From contig CAZDMH010000012.1 in NCBI GenBank assembly GCA_964506755.1, positions 83,061 to 147,060 on the forward strand: 64,000 bases of DNA, written 5' to 3'. Positions within the stretch are counted from its first letter, which is position 1; every line of letters starts with the position of its first letter. The position numbers and the translations under genes are program-made. The DNA is from an uncultured Spirochaetales bacterium. Its GTDB lineage: Bacteria > Spirochaetota > Spirochaetia > DAHUYW01. Below the pieces are notes generated by a model. The model was not told where the DNA came from and did no database searches. It saw only the letters and a program-made list of their open reading frames with translations. Positions 48,289 to 57,838 of this stretch are shown here, one piece after another.

Positions 48289-49065
48289 CTATCGAGACTG
48301 CTGTTCGAGATAGGCCTTCGAGAAGACGTAGTTCTCGATCTTGCTCGCGGAGATGCCTTCGTTCGTGATATAGGTCTTCTGGCCAGGCTGCAGGTTGTCC
48401 ATTGAAAGGAGCTTCGTGAAGATCTCCTTTCCGTTTCCGACGCTCTGGTACTGGATGTAGTAGACCGTCCGAAGCAGAGTTCCGGAGGCACTATAGTTCT
48501 CGACCTTTACCGGAAGGCCGTCACTCCTGCGCACAAACCACTTCTGAATCGGAAAGGACACGTCGAGCTGCCGTGCTTTGAGCCCAATCACATCACACTC
48601 CCAGCTCGCAATCGTTGTCTGCCCGTCATAACTGAGGGCATACTGCTTCTCCAGCTCGAGACGCCCGAAAGTGTCGGTTCGAACATCTGTCGAGCCGACG
48701 TCATCCTTCCTGTTGCGATAGACGAACTCGCGTGTCGTCGGCAGGTAGAGATAGAGATTGTCGCCTTCACGGAAGTATCCCTTTCCCTTCTCGCTCGGTG
48801 GATACTGAAAGATCAGGGTGAACATGTCTGCAGCGTCCCGCCGGTAAACCTTGATCTGCAGGACGCGGTCCGCTTCACCGGGTTTCTTCTGAACGAGATT
48901 GAATGTGTTCGTAATGTCCAGCCCTTCTAGGTTGAGCTTGTTTTGGAACTCCGTCACGATTTTGAGGGCGCGCGGCTCACTCTGCTGCGCGGGGATCGAA
49001 ACCGCGATGACGGCTGCAATGAGTATCAGCGCGGCGGAGCGCAGCGATATGCGTTTTAGACCCAT
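48289..49065 (-). CDS. LolA-like outer-membrane lipoprotein-sorting protein
   Basis: Signal peptide MGLKRISLRSAALILIAAVIAVSIPAQQ; ~230-aa mature domain with the LolA-like beta-sheet pattern (FTLIFQYPPSEKGKGYFREGDNLYLYLP). Confidence 0.5.
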   Translation of the reverse strand: MGLKRISLRSAALILIAAVIAVSIPAQQSEPRALKIVTEFQNKLNLEGLDITNTFNLVQKKPGEADRVLQIKVYRRDAADMFTLIFQYPPSEKGKGYFREGDNLYLYLPTTREFVYRNRKDDVGSTDVRTDTFGRLELEKQYALSYDGQTTIASWECDVIGLKARQLDVSFPIQKWFVRRSDGLPVKVENYSASGTLLRTVYYIQYQSVGNGKEIFTKLLSMDNLQPGQKTYITNEGISASKIENYVFSKAYLEQQSR

Positions 49066-49099
49066 GGAGCTCTCCTTTTGGATACGTACCATATGAACG

Positions 49100-50422
49100 T
49101 CAAAAGACCTTGTTCAGCGCCTCGACCGGTGTGATCTTCCCGCCCTTGCGAGCCGGAAAGAAGGCGAAGAGGGCCGTGGACAGCGTGGTAATTGCGACGA
49201 CGAGCGCAATTCCTCCGATCGTTGGAATGAGCACGAAGTGCCCCATGTCAAGAAAGAGACCGAGGTTCCCGGCTGACGGCAGGACGATGAGGTATCGAAA
49301 CAGCAGAGATACTCCGACCGCCGCGACTACCCCGACCGCGGTGAATAGAAGCGACAGGATGATGTTCTCGAAGACGAATAGAAGCGTCACCCCGCCGGAT
49401 TCCATGCCGATCGCCCGCATCGTTCCGATCTCGCGGAGCCGCTCGTTGATGGTCATCCGCAGGTTAATGAAGATCGATATTGCGATGATGAAGAGCATGA
49501 TTGCCGTAATCACGGCGCCCACTGCATTCACCGCTTTCAGCACACTGCGAACGATCCCCAAGACCTCGTTGATCGTCGCCACGCGAAGCTCGACTCGGTC
49601 ATTTCCGCTCTCGTCGACCTGGTACTTCGTGCTCGCTGAGCTAATGACCGAAATGGCCTCGGCGTCATTCGTCGGTCTGGAGACCTGAAAGCCGTTGGCT
49701 TTCAAGACCGACATGAGTTGGTTTCGTTTCTCGTCCACGTTGTTCGGATGCTTGAGGTAGACGTAGAGCGTGGATGAGGTGTTGCTGCCGGAGAGGTCGA
49801 GCCGTCGCAGGAAATCGAAGTGTGTCAGCACGGCCCCATTGGCAAAGAAGTTGTTCGTCGTGTAGATTCCTTCCACCTTCAAGATGCCCGTATTGAATGC
49901 GCCGAAGCGAGAACGAGTGGACAGAACGGTTTCATCCCCGAGCTCGAGACCGTAGTAGGAGGCGATGTCCTTCGGAAGCAGGACACCGTTGGGATCACCG
50001 ACGAAGCGGTCCCAGCTTCCTGCGAGAAAGGTCATCTGGTCCCGATAGCCGGTGTCGCGAATAGTGTCGATACCAACGAAGAGCAGCATCTTCGACAGCC
50101 CCTTGTAGTACATTGCAGAGCGGACCTGGTACCGTGCGAGTATCTCCGCATTTCCCAAGGCGTTCTTTGCGAGCTCTACAACCTTTGAGGTTTCGGGAAT
50201 CCCCAGATAGACTCGTCCCTCTTTGACGTATTGTCCGGTAATCGTAATGTGACCGGCCGATGCCCGTATCAGGTTGTTGCGAATGTTCCGCGTTGCCCCG
50301 GTTGAAAATGCAAGTAGGAGCACCAGAACAAACGTGACGAAGGAGTAGTTGACCCCGAGGGTCAGGCTCCGCTTTTTCTGACGGAAGATGTTCTTGAAGG
50401 CGAGTGTGATGAAGTGGATCAT
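49100..50422 (-). CDS. ABC transporter permease, FtsX-like (MacB/LolC type)
   Basis: N-terminal TM, large periplasmic domain, C-terminal 3-TM FtsX domain (RLREIGTMRAIGMESG). Confidence 0.75.
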   Translation of the reverse strand: MIHFITLAFKNIFRQKKRSLTLGVNYSFVTFVLVLLLAFSTGATRNIRNNLIRASAGHITITGQYVKEGRVYLGIPETSKVVELAKNALGNAEILARYQVRSAMYYKGLSKMLLFVGIDTIRDTGYRDQMTFLAGSWDRFVGDPNGVLLPKDIASYYGLELGDETVLSTRSRFGAFNTGILKVEGIYTTNNFFANGAVLTHFDFLRRLDLSGSNTSSTLYVYLKHPNNVDEKRNQLMSVLKANGFQVSRPTNDAEAISVISSASTKYQVDESGNDRVELRVATINEVLGIVRSVLKAVNAVGAVITAIMLFIIAISIFINLRMTINERLREIGTMRAIGMESGGVTLLFVFENIILSLLFTAVGVVAAVGVSLLFRYLIVLPSAGNLGLFLDMGHFVLIPTIGGIALVVAITTLSTALFAFFPARKGGKITPVEALNKVF

Positions 50423-50424
50423 GC

Positions 50425-51846
50425 CTACCTCTTGTTCATCGCTTCGAGGGGTGTAATCGAGGTTGCAACCCGCACGGGATAGAGCGTCGCGAGAATCGAC
50501 ACTACAACGGTAACCGCGATTGCCTGGATGAAGGGACCAATCTGCAGCTGCAACGGGAGGTTTCCTCCCCCGATAAGGAATTGAGAAAAGGTGTCCGGCA
50601 GGGGTATTCCGTTGTTGCCAACCAGGACTATAACGACCAGAGCAACCAACATTGCGATAACACTTGCAGTCAGATTGAGGATCAGGGTTTCGGAGATGAA
50701 TAGCCGACGAACGAAGCTTTTCTCCGCTCCCATCGCGCGCATCGTCCCGATCTCTTCCGTGCGCTCGGTGATGTTGATGATGAGCGTATTCATGAAGATG
50801 AACGCGACGATAAGGAAGATCAGTCCGGTGGCGGCGTATATGAAGGTCTGCAGCCCGCTCGCTATCTGAGCAAAGTAGCCAGAGGCCTCACTCCACCCCA
50901 AAACCCTTATGCCGAGATTGGGCTTGTCTTCGACCAGCTTCATAACCTCGGCCGTCTTCGAGTGGTCCGTCAATTTGACGGCTATCATGGTATAGCCGGA
51001 TAGGGCCTGAGACTTCAATGTGTTCAAGTCTATCGAGGAGAGGGAGTCGTCGGAAGCCAATCCGAAGATCCCGGCCTCATTCGTGGAGGCATCATTCAGG
51101 CGCCTGTCCAGGTTGGGTGGCAGGGACTGAACTCCAGTGAAGTTGTAGAGGTTCGAGTAGGTCCCGATGTCGAGGAAGTTGATGTAGTTGAAGACGTTCT
51201 TGTAGTACTTCGGGTCGAAAATGCCTACCACTTTCGACGAGGCCGCATTGACCCCGCCCTGAGTCAATCCCAGCACCGTGAGCTTGTCTCCAACCTCGAG
51301 GGTAGTACCGTAGCTCTTCATGTATTGCTGGTTCTGGTACTCGCTGATGACTATGCCGTGAGATGGATCCGGCACGTCGTTCGATCGGCTGCCGCCGACT
51401 CCAAAAAAACTTCCTTCGGCAATTTGTGCATTGTCGAAAACACGACGATAGCCCGTCGGGTCGACAGCGTAGAAGATAAATGGCAACTCAAGTCTCGTGC
51501 CGTTTCGTTCGACCTGCAAGATTGCGTAGTTCTGCGCGTAGGGGGTATGGGCAGCCACTTCCGGGAGGCTATCGAGGTAGCGCTCGATCTCCGGAACATT
51601 TGGTATGTTTGGTAGGGGAGTCTGAAATGCGAAGGGAGAGGGCTTCTCTTTCGACTTCGCAGCGTAGATGATAAAGTCTCCCGTGAAATTCTCGATGATC
51701 GATCTGCGAGAAACGTCGTGTGCGGCCCCCGAAAACGTGGTTCCGAATATTATCAGGAAGGTTCCAAACGCCACGAGCAGGGCGATGAGAATCATCCTGC
51801 TCTTTCGCCTCATGAGCGTCCGCAAGGCAAGCTTGAGTAACAGCAT
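50425..51846 (-). CDS. ABC transporter permease, FtsX-like (MacB/LolE type)
   Basis: Same architecture as the adjacent permease (RTEEIGTMRAMGAEKS). Confidence 0.75.
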   Translation of the reverse strand: MLLLKLALRTLMRRKSRMILIALLVAFGTFLIIFGTTFSGAAHDVSRRSIIENFTGDFIIYAAKSKEKPSPFAFQTPLPNIPNVPEIERYLDSLPEVAAHTPYAQNYAILQVERNGTRLELPFIFYAVDPTGYRRVFDNAQIAEGSFFGVGGSRSNDVPDPSHGIVISEYQNQQYMKSYGTTLEVGDKLTVLGLTQGGVNAASSKVVGIFDPKYYKNVFNYINFLDIGTYSNLYNFTGVQSLPPNLDRRLNDASTNEAGIFGLASDDSLSSIDLNTLKSQALSGYTMIAVKLTDHSKTAEVMKLVEDKPNLGIRVLGWSEASGYFAQIASGLQTFIYAATGLIFLIVAFIFMNTLIINITERTEEIGTMRAMGAEKSFVRRLFISETLILNLTASVIAMLVALVVIVLVGNNGIPLPDTFSQFLIGGGNLPLQLQIGPFIQAIAVTVVVSILATLYPVRVATSITPLEAMNKR

Positions 51847-51849
51847 GGG

Positions 51850-52560
51850 CTATACTGCCGCCTCGCTCGCAACCCGGTCGACGATTTTCCCGTCGCGTAC
51901 GTGAACGATTCGTCGTGCATGTGTCATAATCTGGGGATCGTGGGTCGAGAAAATGAAGGTCGTCTTCTCCCGATCGTTGATCTCCCGCATGAGGTCGATG
52001 ATTCGCAGACCGGTCTCGGAGTCCAGATTTGCAGTCGGTTCGTCTGCCAGTACGATGATCGGTTGTGTAACCAGGGCTCGTGCGATTGCGACACGTTGCC
52101 GCTGACCGCCGGAGAGCTCGTTGGCCTTGTTCTTCACCCGGTCGGCCAGCCCGACCTCTTCGATGAAGTGCATGACGGTCTTTTCGCGCTCCTTCTGCGA
52201 ATGCCGGCGCTGGAGAAGCAGCGGGAACTCGATGTTCTCGTACACATTTAGAACCGGGATGAGGTTGAAGGATTGAAAGATGAAACCGATCTTGGTTCTT
52301 CGGTAGCGAGTCAATTCGGTGTCACTCAAGTGCTCGGTCTCGACATCGTCCACCTTCACGATCCCTTCGGAAGGGACATCGATGCACCCAAACATATTGA
52401 GCATCGTGCTCTTCCCGGACCCGGATGGTCCCGCGATCGCAAGTAGCTCTCCCTTTTCTATCTGCAGCGAGACGCCGCGAAGAGCCTCCACCCGGGTTTC
52501 GCCGAGCATGTAGTGCTTCTTTACGTTGACCAACTCGACCGCGTTCATCTTGACCTCCAT
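51850..52560 (-). CDS. ABC transporter ATP-binding protein (LolD/MacB-type)
   Basis: Walker A GPSGSGKST, signature LSGGQRQRVAIARAL, Walker B IVLADEPTANLD. Confidence 0.8.
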   Translation of the reverse strand: MEVKMNAVELVNVKKHYMLGETRVEALRGVSLQIEKGELLAIAGPSGSGKSTMLNMFGCIDVPSEGIVKVDDVETEHLSDTELTRYRRTKIGFIFQSFNLIPVLNVYENIEFPLLLQRRHSQKEREKTVMHFIEEVGLADRVKNKANELSGGQRQRVAIARALVTQPIIVLADEPTANLDSETGLRIIDLMREINDREKTTFIFSTHDPQIMTHARRIVHVRDGKIVDRVASEAAV

Positions 52561-52712
52561 TTCGTACTCCCCTTGACCACGAATCGTGTACTAATATCAC
52601 TCAAATCGCCGCAAATGGCAAGGGATATCGGCAGCTACAACACATTATGTGTATTCAATTGATGAATCTCGGCAAGGATGGTAAGATCTTCAATCAATTC
52701 GCCGGTAGGGCG

Positions 52713-53801
52713 CTACTGCAGGGGTTTCATTCCCGCCCGCTTCTTGAGCTCGATCCGCTTCTTGCGAAACTCCATGATGGGGAAATCTCCCTGAAAGAGA
52801 AGCTCCCCCGTTCCCGCCCCGTCACGCTTGGGAATCTGCGTGTTTACGACTCGCCGGTCCTGATGCGCAATGTAGAGATTCATCGGAGCCGCAAGGCGGC
52901 AGATCAGTCCGCGAAGCAGAGGAATCCTCACGAAGCGCTGATAGAATCGCAGGTAGAGGATTGTGTGCGTCTCGTCGACAGGTACGAACAAAGCGAGGAT
53001 TCTCGCCTTCTTGGAAATGTGGTTCTCCCACATATTCGGGAACATGAGCTCTACCTTGAACTCTCGATCGGGGGGTGGAACCGGGACTTCCTCGGGAGTT
53101 CGAGGACGAGTTCCGTCGTCACGCTTGTTGAAGGGATAGACGAAGAAAAGGTTCTCCCCCTTCCATTCAAGCCCGGGCCCTTCGACCAGCGTGGCATTGC
53201 CGCGCCCGATGCTGTTGGCGTGGACGAAGGGCAAGTGGACGACATCGAGCTGGTTTTCCATCACCTTTGAGTAGTGATTGTCCCACCTGTCCTGCACTGT
53301 GGCCCAGACCTTCATCTCCTCGAGATCCTCGAAAAACGCCGGCGGCTCGAGATCATGCGGGGGTGAAAAGCCCCACCAAATCCAGATGATCCCGTGGGCC
53401 TCGTGAGTCGGATAAGATGTCACTCGAAATGAGTCGGGTACGGGGACGTCTCTACCGTTTGCCGGGATGCGGACACACCGTCCCGTGGAATCATACTCGA
53501 GGCCGTGAAAGGGGCATTGGATTCGACCGTCGAAAGACCTGCCGAGCGCCAAGGAGGCACCCCGATGCGCGCAACGGTCGTAGAGACAGACCGGCTTGCC
53601 ATCAGTATCCCTCCAGAACAGCAGTCGCTCACCCATCCGCGTAGCGCCGAGCGGACGTTTTCCAAGCTCCCGCGACTCCAGCACTGCATACCATTGATCA
53701 CGAATCACCTCCTCCTCCTTTCCAACGGCCGGTCGAATCTGCTTCATCCCGTCACTGACCCGGATAGAAGCAGGTCGTGGCGTCGATTCAAAGCGATACA
53801 T
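52713..53801 (-). CDS. Rieske [2Fe-2S] domain protein (Rieske non-haem oxygenase-like)
   Basis: CLYDRCAHRG ... CPFHG (CxH ... CxxH Rieske ligands) followed by a ~230-aa C-terminal domain. An alternative start at M19 is possible. Confidence 0.65.
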   Translation of the reverse strand: MYRFESTPRPASIRVSDGMKQIRPAVGKEEEVIRDQWYAVLESRELGKRPLGATRMGERLLFWRDTDGKPVCLYDRCAHRGASLALGRSFDGRIQCPFHGLEYDSTGRCVRIPANGRDVPVPDSFRVTSYPTHEAHGIIWIWWGFSPPHDLEPPAFFEDLEEMKVWATVQDRWDNHYSKVMENQLDVVHLPFVHANSIGRGNATLVEGPGLEWKGENLFFVYPFNKRDDGTRPRTPEEVPVPPPDREFKVELMFPNMWENHISKKARILALFVPVDETHTILYLRFYQRFVRIPLLRGLICRLAAPMNLYIAHQDRRVVNTQIPKRDGAGTGELLFQGDFPIMEFRKKRIELKKRAGMKPLQ

Positions 53802-53892
53802 CGATCATATTCAGTATTCAACTGATTTGTGCATGTGAATTTCTACACAATCGCCCTCGCGGACCAATATCTCGGAGCACACGCCGCACGAC

Positions 53893-54564
53893 TCACTGAG
53901 GGAAACGGGACTTCTCCTCCGTCGTACTCCTGACAACGTGGTCGACGATGAAGTCGTAGATCTGCAGCGTGATATCTTCCGAATCGCCCACGATGTTGTA
54001 GCCGTGATCCACTCCAGGCACGTCGCGGTACTCCACGAGGCTACCCGCGACATCGAGCTTACGCGCGAGGGCTGCCGCCTCCCCCCGGAGTCGATCCCGT
54101 TCGGCACTGATAACCAGTTCCGGGGCAATCCCCTCGATGCCGTTGCCATTGGTTTCCCACTCCGCCGACGCCAGTCGGTAATGCCGTCGCTCTGACCGCC
54201 GATGCACAATCGGAGGCCGGTACACCGTGCACCTGACCTCGCCGTGCCGGGCTGGTACTGCAACGATATGGATGTCGCCGTCGATCTCCGGGAATTGACG
54301 GCGGGTTTTCGGCGCCAGTGCGCTCAAGCTCCCGAGAAGGCGTGCCGGTATCCGCAATGAATGGTACAGACATTCGGGTCGTAGTGGTCCTCCTTCAGCG
54401 TCCTTCCGCGACCGAAGCGCATAGTCCTCGGGCGGCATCGTCTTCACCTCCAGGGAAAAGGGACAATGCGGCTGACAGTCCTTTTTCTCGGCGGGAGGAA
54501 CAGACTCTACGCCCCGTCGTGGAGGGAATCGCCTCGGAGCCTCAAAACCCCACCGCAAGACCAA
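53893..54564 (-). pseudogene. Alpha/beta-hydrolase fold-3 (esterase/lipase) remnant lacking HGGG and GxSxG motifs
   Basis: Aligns to the Aes-type N-terminus (VPARHGEVRCTVYRPP) and C-terminus (IAPELVISAERDRLRGEAAALARKLDVAGSLVEYRDVPGVDHGY with catalytic Asp/His context). The oxyanion-hole HGGG segment and the nucleophile elbow GDSAG are missing, and 223 aa is well short of the ~300-aa family size. Confidence 0.4.
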
Positions 54565-57500
54565 GCTCCGCAGTTACTATCTGTGCCAACGGATTCGGGA
54601 GAGCGTGGTAGGAAAGTCGAGCCTCCAGATCGAGGTGGTCCAAGAGGGCAAAGGTCGTTCCCACCCCTGCGGCGACCTCGAATCGAGCCGCGCCGAGGTT
54701 ATCGAAGTATGCTCCGCCGACTGCCTGCAGGTAGGGGTCGAATCTACCGGCCTTTGGAAGACTGTAGCGAAAGCCGGCCAGTACATCACCGCTGTAGTCC
54801 GTCGATCCGCCGGAGACCGGCGGCAGCATGAATACTCCACCTGTAATGAGCACCATGAATCTGTCGTCGAACCTGTACCCGAGCTCGGCGGAGATTCGCC
54901 ATCCCGTGCCATAGGAAGCGGCAAGGGATCCGAAAGGCGATGCGCTGCCGGTGCTGAGCGCTACCATCAGCGGCCAGGCAGAGAGTGGCCGGATGGTGGG
55001 GGTTATGGTTACTGAGCTTTCGGCCGGCACCTCGAGCGAATAGCTCCCGTCCGGCTGCCGGGTCGCGCCGTCGAGCGAGTAGCGCCAAACCGCCACTTCG
55101 CCGCTATGGCTCACATAGTGGCCGAATGATCCGGATGGACGCGCGATTTCATAGGAGTTTCCATTCACGACGATGTGGTTGCCGGTGTACAGATATCCGT
55201 GTGCGGACCACTCGACGGTAGTCTCTTCCCGGTGCTGCGACTTCGCATCGTCGCGTCTCGCAGCTGAAGAGGAGCTCGTCATGAGAGTCGCGCGGCTTGT
55301 CTCACTCGTCGTATCGATCGAACGGCTCGAAACGACGACGAGAAAGCGTTGATTCTCGAACCCGGTGGGTGGCTGGCCGTATCCGCGGGTGCTGACGACT
55401 GCCGGTTGAGAGAACCTCGATGCGTTCCCGAAGTTCATGTTGCGGTAGACGCTGCTGGTATAGATGTTCGTAGCCACCGGGGTCAGGGTCACGGGGTCGA
55501 TGCCGCCGAGGGAGTCGACTATCGCGAGCATGCATTGGTGACTGTGCGATAGATAATCGGTGACTACCGTTTGATCGGCGGGAAGGTTCAAGGTCCAAGT
55601 CACCGTGAAGGTTTCCTGGCCCGGCGAGCCGGAGATGCTCGGAGCGGGGACGTTCTGCGCTGTAGTGTAGGCAAGGCCCGACGCCGCCATCGCGTCATCT
55701 ACCTCGCTCTCCGGCGGAGTTCCCGTACCATAGTCGACGGGGATATCGATCCAGTCGCTTGGACCCGGCATTCCCCAGTTCGCGATTCGGAAACGTACCC
55801 TCACGTTGTATCCGTCTTGGGGAGAAGAGTAGGGTGCGACGGCCGTCTCCTTCTCGGAGGTGTTGGAAACGACCGCATCGAAAACGTTGGTAACAGTCAG
55901 AACGTCGGTTGCGGTTCCCGGGTCGTCGTGGGGTAGCTCGATCTTGCTTGCCGGGGTATTCCGCGTTCCGATGTCTGACGGCGAAATGTAGACCCCTTTC
56001 AGAACGTGGGTACCGGACGCATCGCCGGTACCCCACCAGTTCGGGTTGAACTCTTCCGAGAGTGCGTCGGCCACAACCGTCGAAACATCTCCGACGATCG
56101 CGGGGTCGCCTTGGGGCCAGACGAGCTCGACAGCCGACGGGCCGGTTACCCGAATCACGTCGAAGTAGAAGCGGAAAGTGGGGTCGAAGTCCACCCAATC
56201 AGCGGTTACGGCGCTCGTCGGGATCCTCAGCTCGAGGTTCCAGGCGGGATTGCCTCCGTAGCTGAACGACGTGACCTTTGTCAACAGTCCGAGAGCCGTC
56301 TGCTGCGGGGTCGTCAGGACTGTCCATCCCGCGGCTTGGCTCCACATCCGAATCTCCTCGATATCCTGGTCGGGCCCGGCGGAGTGCCCGGCGGCGAAGG
56401 GAAAGACCATCAACCGGCGATCGTTCCCGGGTGTCGTCGTAGTGTCGTCCGGGCTGAAGGTGAGCACGACTAGGTCGTCCGCATCGAAGCCGAGGTCGTT
56501 GCGAACTTCGAATGACAGGTAGAGATAGTCGCTGTTCCGATCCCGCAAGGCCTGGAAAGCCAGATCTGCAGGCTCGGCGCCGTCGCCGAAGGTGATTCGA
56601 TGGGCTCCCCTCCATCCGAGATCGTTCTGTACCTCACCATCCACGGTCGGGGGGTTGGGGTTGTAGGGAACGCCGCGATGCACGGGAAAAGACACAACCT
56701 GGTTGGGAAAGGCGCGGATGAGAACGGTGATCGTAGAGCTCATGTGACCGGTGTTGTCCTCTACCGCGAGGGTAGCGGTATGCTCCCCGGTGAGGTACGT
56801 TGCCTGGGTCGTCGCCGTAGTGGTGGGGATCGCAGGCTGGCCCTCGCCGAGGTTCCAGTGGTATGCCGCAATGCTGCCGTCGTCGCTGCTGCCGCTTGCG
56901 TCGAAGTCTACGACCAACGGTGAGGCCCCCTCTACGATCCAAGGGTCTCCACTCTGGTCCGCCGCAGGGGTCGTCGAGAGACCCGCAATCGGGTCGGTGT
57001 CCACCGGAGCCGGATTGACGGTGATGTTTACGCTGTCCGAGCTCGAGCCCCCGAAGCCGTCGGAAACCGTGTAGGTGACGGTGTGAACCTCGGGAGAAGA
57101 GGTGGCGTTCGAAAAAGTGACATTGCCCGGATTCTGCACAACCGCCGAGGTGATGGACCCGCCGGGGAAGAGCCACTCGTGGTCGAGGGCACCGCCAGAC
57201 GGTACGGTATCTACGACCGGAGCACCCGCGAAGGGTCGGGACTCCCCGCTGTTAATCGTCTGATCTCCAGAAGGAGACGAAATAACGGCTACGGGAGGAC
57301 GATAGAGGTCGACCGGATTCGGGGTTATGATGGCCGTCTTGTTGCGAGTTTCCGTTGCGGTCACGTCGAACGTCGTGTCCGAAGGCAGCGTAAGGTCGAG
57401 TCGCCACGTCTCGTCGGCAACAGCAACGCCGTAGGTGTTTGGATTTCCCGATCGAGGATTCCATTGAATGACGAGAAGGTAGACGCCGGCCGACGGCTCG

Positions 57501-57838
57501 GTGAGGTCGATACGCCACTCACTGTCGCCCGCAGGCGGGCTGTCGGTGTCGACGCCGACACCGATTGCGAGACCCAGTGGCCAGGAGGTGTAGGAGGACG
57601 TAGCGGAGCTCGAAATCTGAAAGGAAGGGTCCGTCACGGTCTGGTTGGTGTCGATCTGGACAGAGACCGAGTGGATCTGTTGGCCGCCGGGAACGAGAAA
57701 TCGCACGCTCGCCGACGCCCCTTGGTAGGTCGCGGTGTTGTCTTGAGCCCCGACTGAAAATGCGACGAGGGCCAAGAGAGCGAAGAAGAAAGCCGGCCGT
57801 CCGAGATGCAGCCTCCCGGTGTTGTCGCGCGTCGTCAT
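54542..57838 (-). CDS. Giant surface protein: signal peptide, PKD-like/Ig-like repeats, C-terminal 8-strand-type outer-membrane beta-barrel domain
   Basis: Start ATG 57838 (MTTRDNTGRLHLGRPAFFFALLALVAFSVGAQD) overlaps the upstream stop (ATGA). PKD-like segments (VTYTVSDGFGGSSSDSVNITVNPAP; TATLAVEDNTGHMSSTITVLIRA); C-terminus ...ARLSYHALPNPLAQIVTAELGLAVGF. Confidence 0.6.
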   Translation of the reverse strand: MTTRDNTGRLHLGRPAFFFALLALVAFSVGAQDNTATYQGASASVRFLVPGGQQIHSVSVQIDTNQTVTDPSFQISSSATSSYTSWPLGLAIGVGVDTDSPPAGDSEWRIDLTEPSAGVYLLVIQWNPRSGNPNTYGVAVADETWRLDLTLPSDTTFDVTATETRNKTAIITPNPVDLYRPPVAVISSPSGDQTINSGESRPFAGAPVVDTVPSGGALDHEWLFPGGSITSAVVQNPGNVTFSNATSSPEVHTVTYTVSDGFGGSSSDSVNITVNPAPVDTDPIAGLSTTPAADQSGDPWIVEGASPLVVDFDASGSSDDGSIAAYHWNLGEGQPAIPTTTATTQATYLTGEHTATLAVEDNTGHMSSTITVLIRAFPNQVVSFPVHRGVPYNPNPPTVDGEVQNDLGWRGAHRITFGDGAEPADLAFQALRDRNSDYLYLSFEVRNDLGFDADDLVVLTFSPDDTTTTPGNDRRLMVFPFAAGHSAGPDQDIEEIRMWSQAAGWTVLTTPQQTALGLLTKVTSFSYGGNPAWNLELRIPTSAVTADWVDFDPTFRFYFDVIRVTGPSAVELVWPQGDPAIVGDVSTVVADALSEEFNPNWWGTGDASGTHVLKGVYISPSDIGTRNTPASKIELPHDDPGTATDVLTVTNVFDAVVSNTSEKETAVAPYSSPQDGYNVRVRFRIANWGMPGPSDWIDIPVDYGTGTPPESEVDDAMAASGLAYTTAQNVPAPSISGSPGQETFTVTWTLNLPADQTVVTDYLSHSHQCMLAIVDSLGGIDPVTLTPVATNIYTSSVYRNMNFGNASRFSQPAVVSTRGYGQPPTGFENQRFLVVVSSRSIDTTSETSRATLMTSSSSAARRDDAKSQHREETTVEWSAHGYLYTGNHIVVNGNSYEIARPSGSFGHYVSHSGEVAVWRYSLDGATRQPDGSYSLEVPAESSVTITPTIRPLSAWPLMVALSTGSASPFGSLAASYGTGWRISAELGYRFDDRFMVLITGGVFMLPPVSGGSTDYSGDVLAGFRYSLPKAGRFDPYLQAVGGAYFDNLGAARFEVAAGVGTTFALLDHLDLEARLSYHALPNPLAQIVTAELGLAVGF

